A stretch of DNA of 64,000 bases, taken from assembly GCF_009914755.1 (NCBI RefSeq), contig NC_060932.1, one strand, 5' to 3'. Positions 1 to 15,379 of this stretch are shown one piece after another (positions within the stretch are counted from its first letter, which is position 1; each line of letters opens with the position of its first letter). The DNA comes from the human T2T-CHM13v2.0 reference genome, Homo sapiens. A program made the translations under genes and the position numbers. Below the pieces are notes generated by a model. It made no database searches. It was not told where the DNA came from and saw nothing but the letters and a program-made list of their open reading frames with translations.

Positions 1-674
1 TTTCATGATAAAGATGCCAAAAGCAATTGCAACAAAAGCAAAAATTGATAAGTGGGATCTAATTAAAGAGCTTCTGTACAGCAAAAGAAAATATCATCAG
101 ACTGAACAGGCAACCTACAGAATGGGAGAAAATATTTGCAAACTATGCATCTGACAAAGGTCTAATATTTAGCATCTATAAAGATCTTAAATTCACAAGG
201 AAAAAAATCATTAACAAGCAGGCAAAGGACATGAACAGACACTTCTCAAAGGAAGACACACACGTGGCCAACAATCATATGAAAAAACTCAACATCACTG
301 AATATTAAAGAAATGCAAATAAGAAATCACAATGAGATACCATCTCCCACCAGTCAGAATAGCTATTATTAAAAAGTCAAAAAATAACAGATGCTGAGAG
401 GTTGTGGAGAAAAAGAAACGCTTATATACTGTTTGTGATAGTGTACATTAGTTCAACCATTATGGAAGACAGTGTGGCAATTCCACAAAAACCTAAAGAT
501 GGAAAAACCATTCAACCCAGTAATCCCATTACGGGGTATATACCCAGAGGAATATAAATCCTTCTATTATAAAGACACATACACACATATGTTCATTGCA
601 GCACTATTCTCAATAGCAAAGACATGGAATCAACTTAGGTACCCATCAACAACTGACTGGATAAAGAAAATGTG

Positions 675-721
<47 letters not shown>

Positions 722-1087
722 ATGGAATACTATACAGCCATAAAAAAGAATGAGATCATGTCCTTTGCAGGGACATGGATGGAGCTGGAGGCCATTATCC
801 TTAGCAAACTAACACAGAAACAGAAAACAAAATACCCCGTGTTTTCACTTATAAGTGGGAGCTTAATGATGAGAACACATGGACACATAGAGGGAAACAA
901 CAGACCCTGGTGCCTATTGGAGGGCAGAGGATGGGAGGAAGATGAGGATGAGGAAAAATAACTAATGGGTACTAGCCTTAATACCTGGGTGATGAAATTA
1001 TCTGTACAGAAAACCCCCATGACACAAGTTTACCTATGTAACAAACCTGCACTTGTACCCGTGAACTTAAAAGTATATGTTAAAAAA
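1..1087 (+). mobile_element. LINE-1 3' end (ORF2 C-terminus relic + 3'UTR), older primate L1PA13-16/L1PB-like
   Basis: ORF track gives the L1 ORF2p tail (MFIAALFSIAKTWNQ, MEYYTAIKKNEIMSFAGTWMELE). The 3'UTR reads ...aatacctgggtgatgaaattatctgtacagaaaacccccatgacac... and ends A-rich. Confidence 0.95.
677..720. repeat. (AC)22 microsatellite inside L1
   Basis: Uninterrupted ac run read directly. Confidence 0.98.
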
Positions 1088-1099
1088 GGAATAAAACAC

Positions 1100-2800
1100 A
1101 CTGTTCAAAGAGATAATGGCTGATTAATTTCCAGATAAAGACATGAGTTCTTAGATTAAAAATTAAGAGACCAAACAAGTCTACATCTAAATGCAGTACA
1201 TTTACATGCCATGAGAATAAAGTCAAGCCAGAGAGGAATAGCAGATTATCTAGATAAGGATAAAACTTTGACTGACAGCAGACTTAGAAAAAAATAAAGA
1301 TTAGATAGCCGAGATACTATCTTCAACATGTTGAGGAAAAATTATCAAACTATAATTCTATAAGCAGTTATAGTTTAACCAGGTGAGCAAAATGAAGATA
1401 TTTTAGCCAAAGTAAAGGCAAATATCTTAATTTTTTTTAAAGCATTAACTAAAAGATTAAACTCTGAATATTGGAGAAAATAAAACAGAACCCAGAGGAA
1501 GTAGAATGCAACAAGCTATAGTGATCACACCAATTGAAAAACATGTTCATGTCTCTATACAAAAGCATAGCATGTAAAAAACATATAATGATTTTCAAGT
1601 TTTGAAACTAAATATCTTATATTCACAAAAATAACACAGAAGACTTGAGAAGGAAGCCAAACTTAAAGCATTCAGAGTTTCCGCATTATCAGTGAGGAAG
1701 ACTAATGTAAATTAAAATGTAATTACTATAACTTTAAGTTCCTAACTACAAAAACAATAACAGAATCTATAACTTCTAAACCAGTGACAGCTACAAAAGA
1801 TGTAATATATGTATAAAATATGGGTAGGAAGAAACAATCCGAATATCTATGAACAGAATAGACAAATTACGGTATATTCAAACTATTTGAGTTTTACTCA
1901 GTAATAAAAAGGATAATACAGATACACATGACATGAATGAAATTCACATACATTATGCTGGTCAAAAGAATCCAAACAGATACAAAAAAGAGCATGCTCT
2001 AGATAATTTCATTTATATTAGGGTCAAAGGCAGGCACGGCTAATCTGTGGTGATAGAAATAAGACTACTACATGCCTTTGAGGATTGAGGACTGACTGGA
2101 AAGGGGCATAATAGAATTTGCGGGGGATGGAGGAGGTATATTAGTTTCCTTGGGCTGCTGTAACAAATGACCACAATTTGGTGGCTTAAACAACAGGAAT
2201 TTATTATCACAATTCTAGAGACTAGAAGTCTGAAATCCCAATATCGTATCAGCAGGGCGTGCTTCCTCTCAAGGACTCTGGCAAATCCTTTCTTGCTTCT
2301 TTCAGTCTTTGGTAGCCCAAGGCATTCTTTGGCTCATAGTTACATGAAGTCAATCCCTGCCTCCATTGTCTTATGCCTTCTTCTCTTGTATCTCTGTGTC
2401 TTTTTCTGTCTCTTACATTGACACTCTAATTGGATTTAAGGCCCATCTTTATCCCATAATCCCATAGAATCTCATCTTCATCATCTTCGTTGCATCTGCA
2501 AAGACCCTGTTTCCAAAAAAGGTCACCTTCTAAGTTTCCAGGAGGATATGAGTTGGGGTCATGGGGTGAATATTGGAGAAAATAAAACAGAAAACCCCCA
2601 TGACACAAGTTTACCCTGTGCACTAGTCAATTCGCTAAAGGGGTTGATGGAAATGTGCTATATCTTGCCTGGATTTTGGTTACACAAATGTATACATTTG
2701 CAAAACCCAAAACTATGCATTTATCTAAGTATATTTGTACATTTTTACAATTAATATGCATAATTTACAAGTAAATTATATCTCATTAGAAAAAGTAAAG
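1100..2800 (+). mobile_element. Degraded ancient L1M (L1ME-like) fragments, interrupted by an MLT1 LTR
   Basis: L1M-type phrases such as aatagacaaattacggtatattca and aatctgtggtgatagaaataag; resumes after the LTR as gatggaaatgtgctatatcttg. Confidence 0.6.
2137..2640 (-). mobile_element. MaLR solo LTR, MLT1C-like
   Basis: tattagtttccttgggctgctgtaacaaatgaccacaatttggtggcttaaacaacagg matches the reverse MLT1 terminus. Confidence 0.85.
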
Positions 2801-2887
2801 CATATAAAGGCTATGTGCTAATTTCAGTACAATGTACTTACTTACAATTACACCTCTTTTGAAGATTCCATAAATTATATTACTCAC

Positions 2888-3045
2888 CAGTAAGATATTA
2901 TTTACTTTTTTTTTCCAAACAGAAATATCCTACTGATGGGACATGGTGGGAGAAGACAGTACTAAGCAAATGTCGAAATAGCATCTAAGATAAGTTAATA
3001 CCTGAACCATATGAAGTTCACTGCATCTGATGGGGACAATCGTAC
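2888..3045 (-). other. Candidate spliced exon (158 nt; alternative internal donor gives 44 nt, 3002-3045) of an unidentified minus-strand gene, probably 5'UTR or non-coding
   Basis: Minus-strand acceptor gtgtcttttcttttaag|GTACG, strong donor CTG|gtgagta, weaker internal donor CAG|gtatta. Unique sequence with retained CpGs. The 158-nt form has stops in all three frames. Confidence 0.65.
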
Positions 3046-5427
3046 CTTAAAAGAAAAGACACAAAATACTCTTTCCTATAGCTGGTATAAAATGTAGAAA
3101 TGATACAATCTGAAATATTATAATTTCTAAAATATTAAAAATTCATGTAACTTTTAGTTTTCACTACGCCAAGCAAGGTCATAAATACAACAGAATACAT
3201 GAGGCCACAATGACTTCATTTTATCGAGTTAACCCAAGAAAGAATTAGGAGAGAAGAAATAGAAAACTCATCAATTATTGAAACTTTTAGCTTTGAGACT
3301 ACATGTTGTTTACCCTCCATATAATCAGTCTTGTGTATAAAACTAATATCAAGCAATAAGTGGTCAGACTGGCAGCTATACAGAGTACATTGTATACCAT
3401 GTCATTCCTTTATTATAACAATTTAATGGCCATTATATTTATAGCAACTTGCAGCAAATCTACACAGATTTTAGATCCACAAGAGAGTCTTCCTTCTTCC
3501 CCAAAGCTTCCCACAGCCTCTCATCCAGGAAGTCCCAAAACCAGGGCTTATTCTACCAAAGGGACCAAACAAGAAACAAGGCCCTTCAGGATCAGGAATC
3601 AAGGCCAATATAACATCTTGAATTGGCCAGAAAGATCTACTCTTCACATCTATTCTAGGACTCTTTTCTATCAACTGTTCTCTTTTATTTGCATGTTGAA
3701 TCTATTTCATGGACATTCTCTCACTTGAAAACCTATCTATGCTTTCCAAATAATTCTCATTTAATACTTTATTTCCCTAAATCTGCAATTGTTGGGGGGC
3801 AGAGCTAGGGAACCAATTCTGATGAAAAATCATCACCTCAGATACAGTTACCAATAAAATTCTGGGTAAGCGACTTTCCAAATGCTCCTTTATATATATA
3901 TGCATGTATACATTATATAATTTGTGTTTTTCATACACATCATACTGTACCTGTTGGGTCATAACTTGTTCAATTTCAGCTAAGTTGTTAGCATCTTTCC
4001 ATAACAATGAACCAAACCAATGTCACCGTCACATTTCTTCAAAGTGTCAGTTAAACCTGTTGCCTCTACTTATCACCATCCTCTGCTGAATTATCTCTAA
4101 AACTGCTTTTATGAAGACCACAACCAGTTTTCTCATCCCTCATTCAAGATCTCATTCTCAATTTCTGATCCTCACAATTCCAATAGCCTAGGTTGCTGAA
4201 GGTTTTCTTCCTCCTCTAGCTTCTATGATAATATCTTCTCCTACAGATTTGATTCTGACCCTCACCTTTGTCATTTCCATGAATCTTCTCATAATTCAGG
4301 CCTTTATCACTTCTCATTTGGATAGTTATGAAGTCCCAACCCTAGACCTACCTCTCCCTACTTCACTCTACATTCTATTGCTCAATTTTCCTGCTTTTAT
4401 ACTCACTATGGTATTTTGTTACACCTTAATATTGCCAGATAATTATGATTTGAAAATCATTTTTGCATAGCTGACCAAAAATAAGCTTATACTATCTACA
4501 ATTTTTCCAGCTGCCTTCTGAAGAGGTTTTATTCTGGTATCATTCTTAGTATCCTGAGTAGGGTGTAAGTGAGTGAGGTTCAAAAAAATTAGGATATCGT
4601 TTAACTTCTCTGTGCCAGAAAGGGTAAAAAATTGAGGGAGATGGGAAAAGCTGGAGAAGAGCAATGAAACTGGGAATACTGACAGGCTGTGTGAGGAAAT
4701 GGCTATGGTGGAGGAAAAGGTAGCTAGAGAGAATCCAACTCTTGTTCATTTTCAGGGTTGTCCAAGATTGTAACCCACCTTAAGCATGAAGACCCTATGG
4801 AATGATATTTAGAGAAACAATTTATGACTCTTTCACGAAAAAGCCACCCCTTTAACATGAACAACTGAGAGACTAAGGCAAGGGCAAGGGTTGCTGGCTG
4901 AAGCTACATCAGAAGTAGCCCCACACTACAAAGCCCTCTGAAACATACTGACGAACTTCTGCTCTAGAATTTATATGCAGATTTGAAAAACCAAGATCAA
5001 GCAATTACCCAAGGAAATATCCAACCCAAATCTAGCTTTATAAATAAAAGGAGATTCTGGAAGGTTTACAAGTACACAGCAGAATGGTTTAAGGAGGAGG
5101 TTCACTGTCCTACAGTCATCACATGCTAAAGTTGAAGCTATACTTTCAGTTCAAAAGTTAAACCAAAGCTCTTTATCACCATAAATCATGCTCCACAGTA
5201 AGAAGTATAGAGAAAAGAGAATTACAGAACCAAGAGAATCAACACAAATTAAAGGCTTTTTGTTTTGTTTTTATGTATCAGGAGCCAACTTTCATCTTGA
5301 CCACAAAGATCTCAGAGTCAACAAACTGTGCCCTGCATTTTTTAAAAAAGGTATTATTAAAAGCATTGCTTTATTTACTTGAACCTCAACAGACTTAAAC
5401 AATGAAAATGAATTAGGGAATACTTAC

Positions 5428-5477
5428 CCAAGTCCATATCTTAGGTTATCTTTATAACCCTACACACGAGGAATTCC
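5428..5477 (-). other. Possible 50-nt alternative or cryptic exon
   Basis: Acceptor cacttttgctttaag|GG and donor TGG|gtaagta. Motif evidence only. Confidence 0.3.
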
Positions 5478-7279
5478 CTTAAAGCAAAAGTGATGTGAAC
5501 CACACCTAACCTGAGTACTCTCTCCCCACTTTCTCCAATCTTCAATCATGATGCTGCTCAGTGCTGAAGGACAAGAGCCCATGTGATTTTTACAATTTGA
5601 AGCTTCTTGCCCCAAACCTCAAACAGACTTTTCCATTTAATTCACCATTGTCCACTATTTTAGTGGCATTCTCCCTGTTGTAAATCAATAGCTTAGTAAT
5701 TCCACAAGAACTTCTCCATCTACCACATGGTCACTACACCAACCTCTGTGTCTAAACACAGGCAAAAAATAGACGTTTAAACATGAATAGAGTAATTTAT
5801 TTTGTCAGGATCTTCATAAGTTGAATGGCTCTGCCCATTGCTCTGAGATTTAATTCAAGTGTGCAGGTGGATAAACAGATCTTAATTCTCAGCTTTGATG
5901 ACCATGTTTATTTGCTCTCTGTGAGCTTCAACTTTTCCAACCCTAAAGCCCGCTGAGATCCAGAGCCTTATCATTCCAACCAAAACAGTTTTCTAAATCT
6001 AGACCCACCCAAAATTCTAAAGATGAAATATATCTCATAAAACATGGAAAATCCTGAAAATAGTCATAAACAGTGATTCTAGCACAAACCCACACATATC
6101 CCCTTGATGGGAAAAGGAATATTATAGGGATTTAGCAAACAAGAAAAACCATGAGACTGAAACAAGGTAACACTACCTAAATCACAAACAGTTATATCAA
6201 GAGAGAAAAAAGCAGCATAGGTATTACTCTTTATTATTCATTCTAATTAGTTGATTTGTGTTCCCCTTAAATTATAAAGTAAGTTTAGCCTTTTTATGAA
6301 TTCTGGTATTCTAAAGTCTGGCCCTTTGTTAAATCCAGTTATTCACATTTATCTCATAGAGTATTTTATGTAGGTGTTGAATGCCCATGTGTTTCTAATA
6401 TACTCCTGACTTTTAAAAAAATGTGTTCCGTTGTTTCTGCAGTTAGCCCTTGCCAAGCAAGAAGAAATCTGAATTCCTTCTAGGTGAAGGCATCCATCCT
6501 GACAAAGGTACAGATTTCTAATTCTGAAAATAATAAGACTGAACAGTGGGCTGTTGGCATCTTAGCCTCACTCTGTATTTGCTGGTCAAATAATGTTGCA
6601 AGTTCAACAAATTTTTAAATGAACAATTAATATTAACTTCATCAATTAATATCACAAAATTGCTAATGTATGCCTCTTCTTAACCTCAAGTTCAAGATAT
6701 GTATTTAAGGAAGAAAAAAAAAAACCCATAGAAGGAGCAGGATTGAGAGAGGTAGGGGGGAAACCCAACTCTGGCACCAATAACAGGGAACTTGCATGTC
6801 GGATGCTATAGAAATCAAGTTGGATACATTCTCCCCACTAGATCTTGGCAGCAGTGGTATAAAAATCCTGTAATCATGTATACTACCAAGCTCAAACTCA
6901 ATTAAGCAATCAACGTAATGAATTAATGTGCCACACAAGATTTGACCAAAATGGAAAATGCCTATCTTAAGATACTTTGCTTAGTTTTATATAAAATTAT
7001 AAATATTTAAATATCAAACCCAGTAGTCCGATTGTGAATGTAAAGACAACAAATTTTAATGCTAGACCATCACCATTATAAGCATCATGCCTTGGATAGA
7101 AAATAAATACCATGATTAAAAATGTTAATAAAGCTTAAAGGTAAATTTCTAAATTTCCTTTAATATTTAGAAGGGCTATATTAACATAAATTTAATCTAG
7201 AAAAAAATTGATAATCAAGATCAAAGCTTGTATCAAAAATTTCAAAATTCTAGAACTCCTAGAATTAAACTGTATTTAT

Positions 7280-7574
7280 GGCCAGGCAATGGTGGCTCAC
7301 GTCTGTAATCCCAGCACTTTGGGAGGCTGAGGCAGGCCGATCACCTAGAGGTCAGGTGTTCAAGACCAGCCTGGCTAACATGGTGAAACCCTGTCTCTAC
7401 TAAAAATACAAAATTAGCTGGGCATGGTGCCGCATGCCTGTAATCCCAGCTACTCAGGAGGCTGAGACAGAATTGCTTGCGCCCAGGAAGCAGAAGTTGC
7501 AGTGAGTTGGGATCGTGCGCCACTGTACTCCAGTCAGTAAGACTCCATCTCCAAAAACATAAAAATAAAAATAA
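7280..7574 (+). mobile_element. Alu (AluS-type), full length
   Basis: ggccaggcaatggtggctcac..., linker tactaaaaatacaaaattagc, A-rich tail. Confidence 0.97.
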
Positions 7575-7956
7575 CCCATATTTTCTCAGAATCTTTTTAT
7601 CTTTTCTTGAGTTCTTTAATAGAGAATGATATTTTTAGGTACAAGGTTTACAAAGCTTTAACCTCCCGAGAAGCATTAACTTTGAGAAACTCATATTAAT
7701 TTATCTAACAATATTATTTAAATATTAATAAATCATATCAATTAGGAATAAAAGATTGGACATATAATTGTCTAGGAGTATTTCCTTGGGAAAATGGTAT
7801 TTCTAAACATTTGTAAGCCCCTCAAATATGGAAATCATCTCTACAAATGAATATTTTTAATGACATCAGGATTAAAGGTCTTTAATCCGATCATTTGGCT
7901 TCTCCTATTAAAATATGTATTTCACTGTACAAAAACTCAAAGCTAGGAGAAACTAG

Positions 7957-8310
<354 letters not shown>

Positions 8311-9238
8311 TAACACATGAAGTGCTAATATCTTCCAAAAAAAAAATGAAGAAAATTACCAGAACTATTAGCCCTTAAATACTCTCCAGTGCCAGCACCA
8401 TTCCAGTTGTAATCCTCATACATTGGCACCTCTGAAGGACATTCACAACCTGGATTAACTATGGCCATAGCATGGGTCACTGGAAAAATATATGTATTTA
8501 ACACAGCACAAAAGAAACAGGAATGATCTATGAGGTATGTGTCATGAATGCTTCAAAGTCTGATTTAATTAAGACGTCACAGGGCAGCTCAGAATACTTA
8601 ATAACTACGGTTCAAGGAAAGACGATGAACTGAGGTATGGTTGCAAAATAAATGTGGAGTCTTAGGTGGTTCTGCTTGAGGGCACAATGGACCTGCACAG
8701 AACATGATAAACACATTCTCATTCTAACAATTTACACACATCATTAACATTCGAGATAATCTGTCAAACTGGAGGAGATTTAAAGGATACAGACCAAAGC
8801 AAATAATCACGGTGGTCATCAGAAGAAAAATAACTTTGGTTCAATACATTTTACCTTGAAACAAAGCAGTGTCCCTTCAACATTTCCCACCCAAAACATA
8901 AGCAGCACATGTGGCTTGTGCATCTGGTGGGGGAGTCAGAGATATTCCAAAGGAGCTGCTGATGTGTATCAATGGCAATGAAAGGTACTTTTGAGAAATA
9001 TTTTTGTGGGGGACACATCAATAGCAAGGCAAGATACTTTTGAGAGTTTTGTGTTTTTTGTTTGAGTTTTTTTAAATCATAGGCTTAGCACCACAGAGAG
9101 AGGCTCAAGGAAAGCTAAATTTAGCACTTTGCCAAGCCAGTTCTATGCCCTAGCCAACTGAGAACCAGTCAGAGTGAGAAGCTCAAGTAGAACAGGATTC
9201 AACTGAAATAAGTGGGACTTAGAAATTCTCCAGGGAAC

Positions 9239-9721
<483 letters not shown>

Positions 9722-10341
9722 AGAAATTCTCCAGGGAACATTTCCAAAAACAGTCATGAATACCCCAAATCAAGTAAAAAGACAAAACACAAGAAAAAAG
9801 TAGTTATCTATAGGCCCCAATAAGAAATTAAAATCGTGAGACCTCAATTTAGCATAAACAATTCCCCAAATGATGAAGCCCTTCCCATAATTAACACTTT
9901 GGGAAACCAAGCCCTATAAGAATTACTCCCCTTTTTCCCCCTAGAAACTCTTTTGACACAAAAATCTTAATGCATATCCCTACACTAGACGTTAATTCTC
10001 ACAGGTAATGAAAAAAAGTGTACAATTAAGGATCACAACACATGCATCGGAAAACTGAACTATTTAAGTGGGAAAATATGCTACCAGAATCACGAGCTCC
10101 TCAATTTGTACAACTGCTAACACCAATAACATTAATTAGTTGAATCAGAAGTAAAACATAGGATGGTTGGGTGTTGCTCATTTTTCCAGAAAGAGATGAT
10201 GTTTTTGAAACAAGGGAAGAATCACATCCTAAGTTCTAGAAAATAAGCCACCTGCTTGAATCAGTGAGGGAAAAAAAAAATTGTACTCCATAAATTTCTT
10301 CCAACACCAAAAGAAAAGTATGCTTAAAGTTAGCATGTGTG

Positions 10342-10580
10342 TGTTGAACAAGGAAAACACATGGACACAGAGAGGGGAACATCACACACCAGGGCCTGTC
10401 TGGCAGGGGGTGGGGGCAAGGAGAGGGATAGCATTAGGAGAAATACCTAACGCATGCCGGGCTTAAAACCTAGAAGACGGATTGATGGGTGCAGCAAACC
10501 AACATGGCACATATATACCTATGTAACAAACATGCACATTCTGCACATGTATCCCAGAATTTAAAGTATAATAAAAAAAA
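10342..10580 (+). mobile_element. 5'-truncated L1PA (L1PA8-like) 3'UTR
   Basis: ttgaacaaggaaaacacatggacac...gggcttaaaacctaga...poly(A); TSD aaagttagcatgYgtg at 10326 and 10578. Confidence 0.95.
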
Positions 10581-11570
10581 GTTAGCATGCGTGCTATCCT
10601 ATAAGCCTTAGCTTGAAACTGCTGTGTTGTACAGATTACTTATGCCAAGTGTTGGCTGGAGCTTTCACAACATACTTAAAAGACCCTGTGGAAATGTTGA
10701 CAGACTGCTGGTGCTAATGGTAACCCCAGCATGAGCAGATCTAAATATATACATTTATGAAGATTGCAAAACCACCACCCTCACATGGTTCCATGTTTAT
10801 ACAGGGAGATAATCCAATTATTTAAATAGAAGAAAACAAACTGCTCACAAACAGAGCCAGATTTTTGTTCCATAAAGTACTTAAATACTTCTTATACTAA
10901 CACAATTTAAAAACAGTTTTGCATACTTCCTAAGAAATGGAATGTAAGTGCCATAGTGTCTGACCTATCCAACTGCCTGTAGGAAAATCTTCCCCTCCTG
11001 CCTATCCAAAATTAAATTGCTTTTTTAAAAAGAGGGGTAGGATGGACTCTATTTAATGTATAATTCTCACCGTGTTTAAGTTATTCAATTATCCCTCATA
11101 TATCACCTGCTTCCTAGAATAGAAACTAGTTGGTCACTCCTGCTTACATCACTGTCTTAATATTAAAAACAATAAATGGAAACAAACTAGATGACTTATT
11201 TGGTGTCATAAACACAGCCCTCAAGAAGAATCAGTGTCATAACTAACCAGATCAAAGACTCCATGTGTTTTAAATGTGGAAACTTCCATGGGTTTTACCA
11301 CTGTGTTTTAAAATTGAGAATGGCCACTCTTGTTAACTACACTATTTAGAGAAAGGTTTCTTTAAACAAAGATAATTTTTTTAATTGCCTTAATAAAAAG
11401 CATATTAACAGACACCTAAAGTTGACAAATGTTATTATGGAATACTATACTATCATGCAAAAAAAGTCAGTTTTCTACAATGTAGTTCACTGTTGGTAAA
11501 AGTCAAATGTTAACAAAAATCAGAATGATTACTGAATCTCCAGACTTGCACAGAATTTAGACCTCAATAA

Positions 11571-11958
<388 letters not shown>

Positions 11959-13229
11959 TAACCACTGGTCTGCATTTAACATTTATAAGCAGGTTATTTT
12001 GACATGCTTTGTTGATTTGCTAACTTCACAGCAATCCATACCTTAGACCGACCCAATTTGAAATCTAATTGCTTAACTATCCTTACTCTAACAAGGTTCT
12101 GTCTATTATGAATAAGAAGAAATTAAAAAACAGCAAAGTCAAAATAAGGGTTAAAAAGAAAAAAAATTAACCCCGGGGAACATGCTACAGGACAGATTGC
12201 AGGCTACAGGTTTTCACACTTTTTGAAAGTAATGCTTCTGATGTATAATTTTCATTTATCAAAGTGAATAAACAGATCAGAGAGTTTTAAAAAATCTTTC
12301 CAAGATCATAGTTTGTGACAAATTTGAATGCAGTTCTGACCTTTAACTTCAAAATCCTGGCTGTTTATTTCCTGTTAAACAATATATGTACAGCACCTAG
12401 GGGAAGAAATGCATTATACCATAATTTAAATTGCAAGAACTTTCTTTCAAATTAGGCCATACCCTCATAATTCGTTCGCTGCTCCTTTCCTCCGTTTTTA
12501 GCTACAACAAAATAATCAAAGTTCCTTTTGATGATTAGTCACTAAAAATACTATGCTAATTTTTCCTAACACAACTAGAACTATAAACCAACAAAATTAA
12601 GATATCACCCACAAAAACACTTCAGAGTAAAACTGCTGATCCATCAAAAAGGATAATGGGGGAAACTGAGTTACAAGTTTCCTCTGGCAGAGGTTAAAGA
12701 GAAATCTTCAGAATTATAAATGGAAAGTCTTTTACTGTTTGGGCATTCAGCAAAAGGCCAGCACTTTTTACAGAGGGATCTCCACTTGACAAGTTCAAAG
12801 AAAACAAAAATCACCCCCAAACCATGCAATTTCCTGCAAATGGGCCACTCTCCTCACTGTCTTTGAAGATAGATCCTGCCCTGGCTAAGGGGCCTTTGAA
12901 GTAACACAGCAAGCATACCTATGTAATTAGAAAGCCTGAGTATACCACTCAAATGATCAAAACTAGACTTTACAAATGCATGAAAGCCAGAGGAATGAAA
13001 TGAACAGTTTTGGAGAGGAATTTGTCACTGCTTATTGACCATGAGTCTCCTCCATCTTCTCCAATTCTTGGAAGCCAAAAGCAACCTGCATCTACATTCA
13101 TGGAAAACTGTAAATGGTACTTGATCATTCTCAAAAAGTGGCAAAACTATATGTGTATGTATATGTAGCCAGATATGTATATAGACATGTAGGTTTATAC
13201 ATATGTAATATATGTGTGTATACAAATGT

Positions 13230-14140
13230 ATACATATGATTTTCTGAGTCATTTAAGTATAATTTACAGATATTCTGCCCTCTTACCTCTAAAATTTTTC
13301 AGTAATCAGTATGTATTTCCAAAAACAAAGACATTGCTTTACATCAACCATATTTGATATATTATTTTTTAATCCTCACTCTATAATTATGCCAACAATG
13401 TCCTTTATAGTTCTTTATTTTTTTCCTAGATTAGAATCCCTTTTAAGCTAATGTATCATATTATGTTTGAAATCTAACCCAATATGATGGGTTTGAAAAT
13501 CATATCTCCAAGTCTCCTTTAATCTGGAGTTCTTTCATGAGCTTAACAGTTTTTAAGAGAACAGGTCAGTGATTTACAACATGTCTGTCTGGGCTTGTCT
13601 GATGTTCCCTCATGACTGGTCATATATTTGGGGGATAATGTATGAAGTGATGTTTTTTTCTGTGCATCATCTTAAGAGGCACACGATGCATTTTGGTCCC
13701 ATTACTGGTGATGCTAACTTTGATCACTTGGTTAAGGTGGTGTCTGCTAGGTTTCTATACTATAAAGTTGCTATTTTTTTCTTCTGTAATTGGTAAGTAT
13801 TTTGAGAGGTGACATAGTAAAACTGTATAAATATCCTGCTGTTCAAATTTTCACACACTGGTTTTGGCATCCAAGAATTGATGATTTTTGCCTAAATAAA
13901 CTATTACTGTCAGGTTGTCGAAGGTGATTCTTTAACTCCGTCATTTCCTCTCCATTTATTAGTGGGCATGCTAGTTTTGGGGAGGCCTTTCCCTTCTCCC
14001 TCATTTGTCTGTCTGCTTGTTTGTTACGTCAAACAAGCAGACAGAAAGGTACTCGTGAATGTTATTCAATGGGCTATAGGCTGTTACTGTCTTTGTTTAA
14101 TACTCAGATTATTCTAGATTTGTTCAGTAAGAGCTCTCCA
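13230..14140 (-). mobile_element. Ancient L1MC-like 3' region
   Basis: gtcccattactggtgatgctaactttgatcacttggttaaggtggtgtctgc is typical reverse L1MC4/5 3'UTR. Confidence 0.75.
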
Positions 14141-15379
14141 AAATATTGTAGTTTTTAAGTTGTATTTTATGTGCATACTATCAAGTGCTTTGGGGTAGAG
14201 AAGGAGGAGATGCAATTTATCCTGGAAGAGCTAAGAAATAGGGAGTAACACTACTTGGGTCTTGAAGAGAATACAGGAGTTTGCCTGATGGAACAAGATT
14301 TCCAAGTCCAAGGTACAGCATGTACATAAACATACAGATGTATGCACAGGATTGGGGAATGCAAGGATAAAAAGTTTACTATGTCTGATACACCTTGGCT
14401 GATTGTATTGGCCATTTATCTTTCACATAAATAGCAAAAACGAAAGGAGTCACTCAATACTTGAATACAAGGAAGAACTGTTAATACAGAAATCAAATGT
14501 TATTATGGGCCTTTTTAGAATAGCATACAGAAACTGTGATCCTAGAAGTATAATCCTATACTTTAAGAACATAATTTTAAAAGTTCAGAAGAAACACGTT
14601 TGTGTTTGCGGCCAAAGTTTCTAAATTAGAATATAAATTAGAAGGACATTTACAAAATAAGAACATCTTTACATAATCCCAAAGGGGAAAAGAAGAGTGA
14701 TATTCTAGAGAATTCAACACAATTGCATAGGAAGTTCTCTGATGAATTCAAACATTTTAAACAACATGTACAAAAGGATATATTCAGGGGAAAAAATAAT
14801 ATCAAAAGAAATGTGAAGGTTAAAGTTTCCTAATATTTATGAAAAATTATTTTTAAAGCAAGTTTAATTTTAAAAAATTAAGCTCACTTACTAAGTTATA
14901 ATGTAATATTAGATGAAAGGGATAGGAAGACTATGGGGTTTTTTGGTCTGTTAAAAATAGGGACCTTCAAAGTGAAAAGGAAAAGATCAAGCATAGCTTA
15001 AGGAGAAGATATTAAAATATAAGACAGACAAGAAGGCTCTAATTATTTACATTTTTATAGATTTTTTTTAATACTGGCAAACTGATTCTGAAAAAAAAAA
15101 GAGGAATTCAAGAAGAAAGAAGGATAAATGTCTGATTTTCAATATGTTGGGAAAAGTCAACTTTACAAACTCCAAATTCTGAAAAAGATTGTAGGACACC
15201 GGGATTGTAAACACTGTATAAACACCTTACCTGGTGTAAGTCACGAAGTCATATCAAAACTATCATTATTTAAAAAATAATTTCCCTTGCATTCTCTCCC
15301 TCTGTGTATGTCAACATTTATATTTGTCTATATCTATATACACACAGATCTAAAGGTAGAGATGAAAAGGCACACACAT

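Noticed and set aside
15231-15259. 29-nt minus-strand micro-exon with donor CAG|gtaagg
   Set aside because: The acceptor pyrimidine tract is interrupted; expected by chance.
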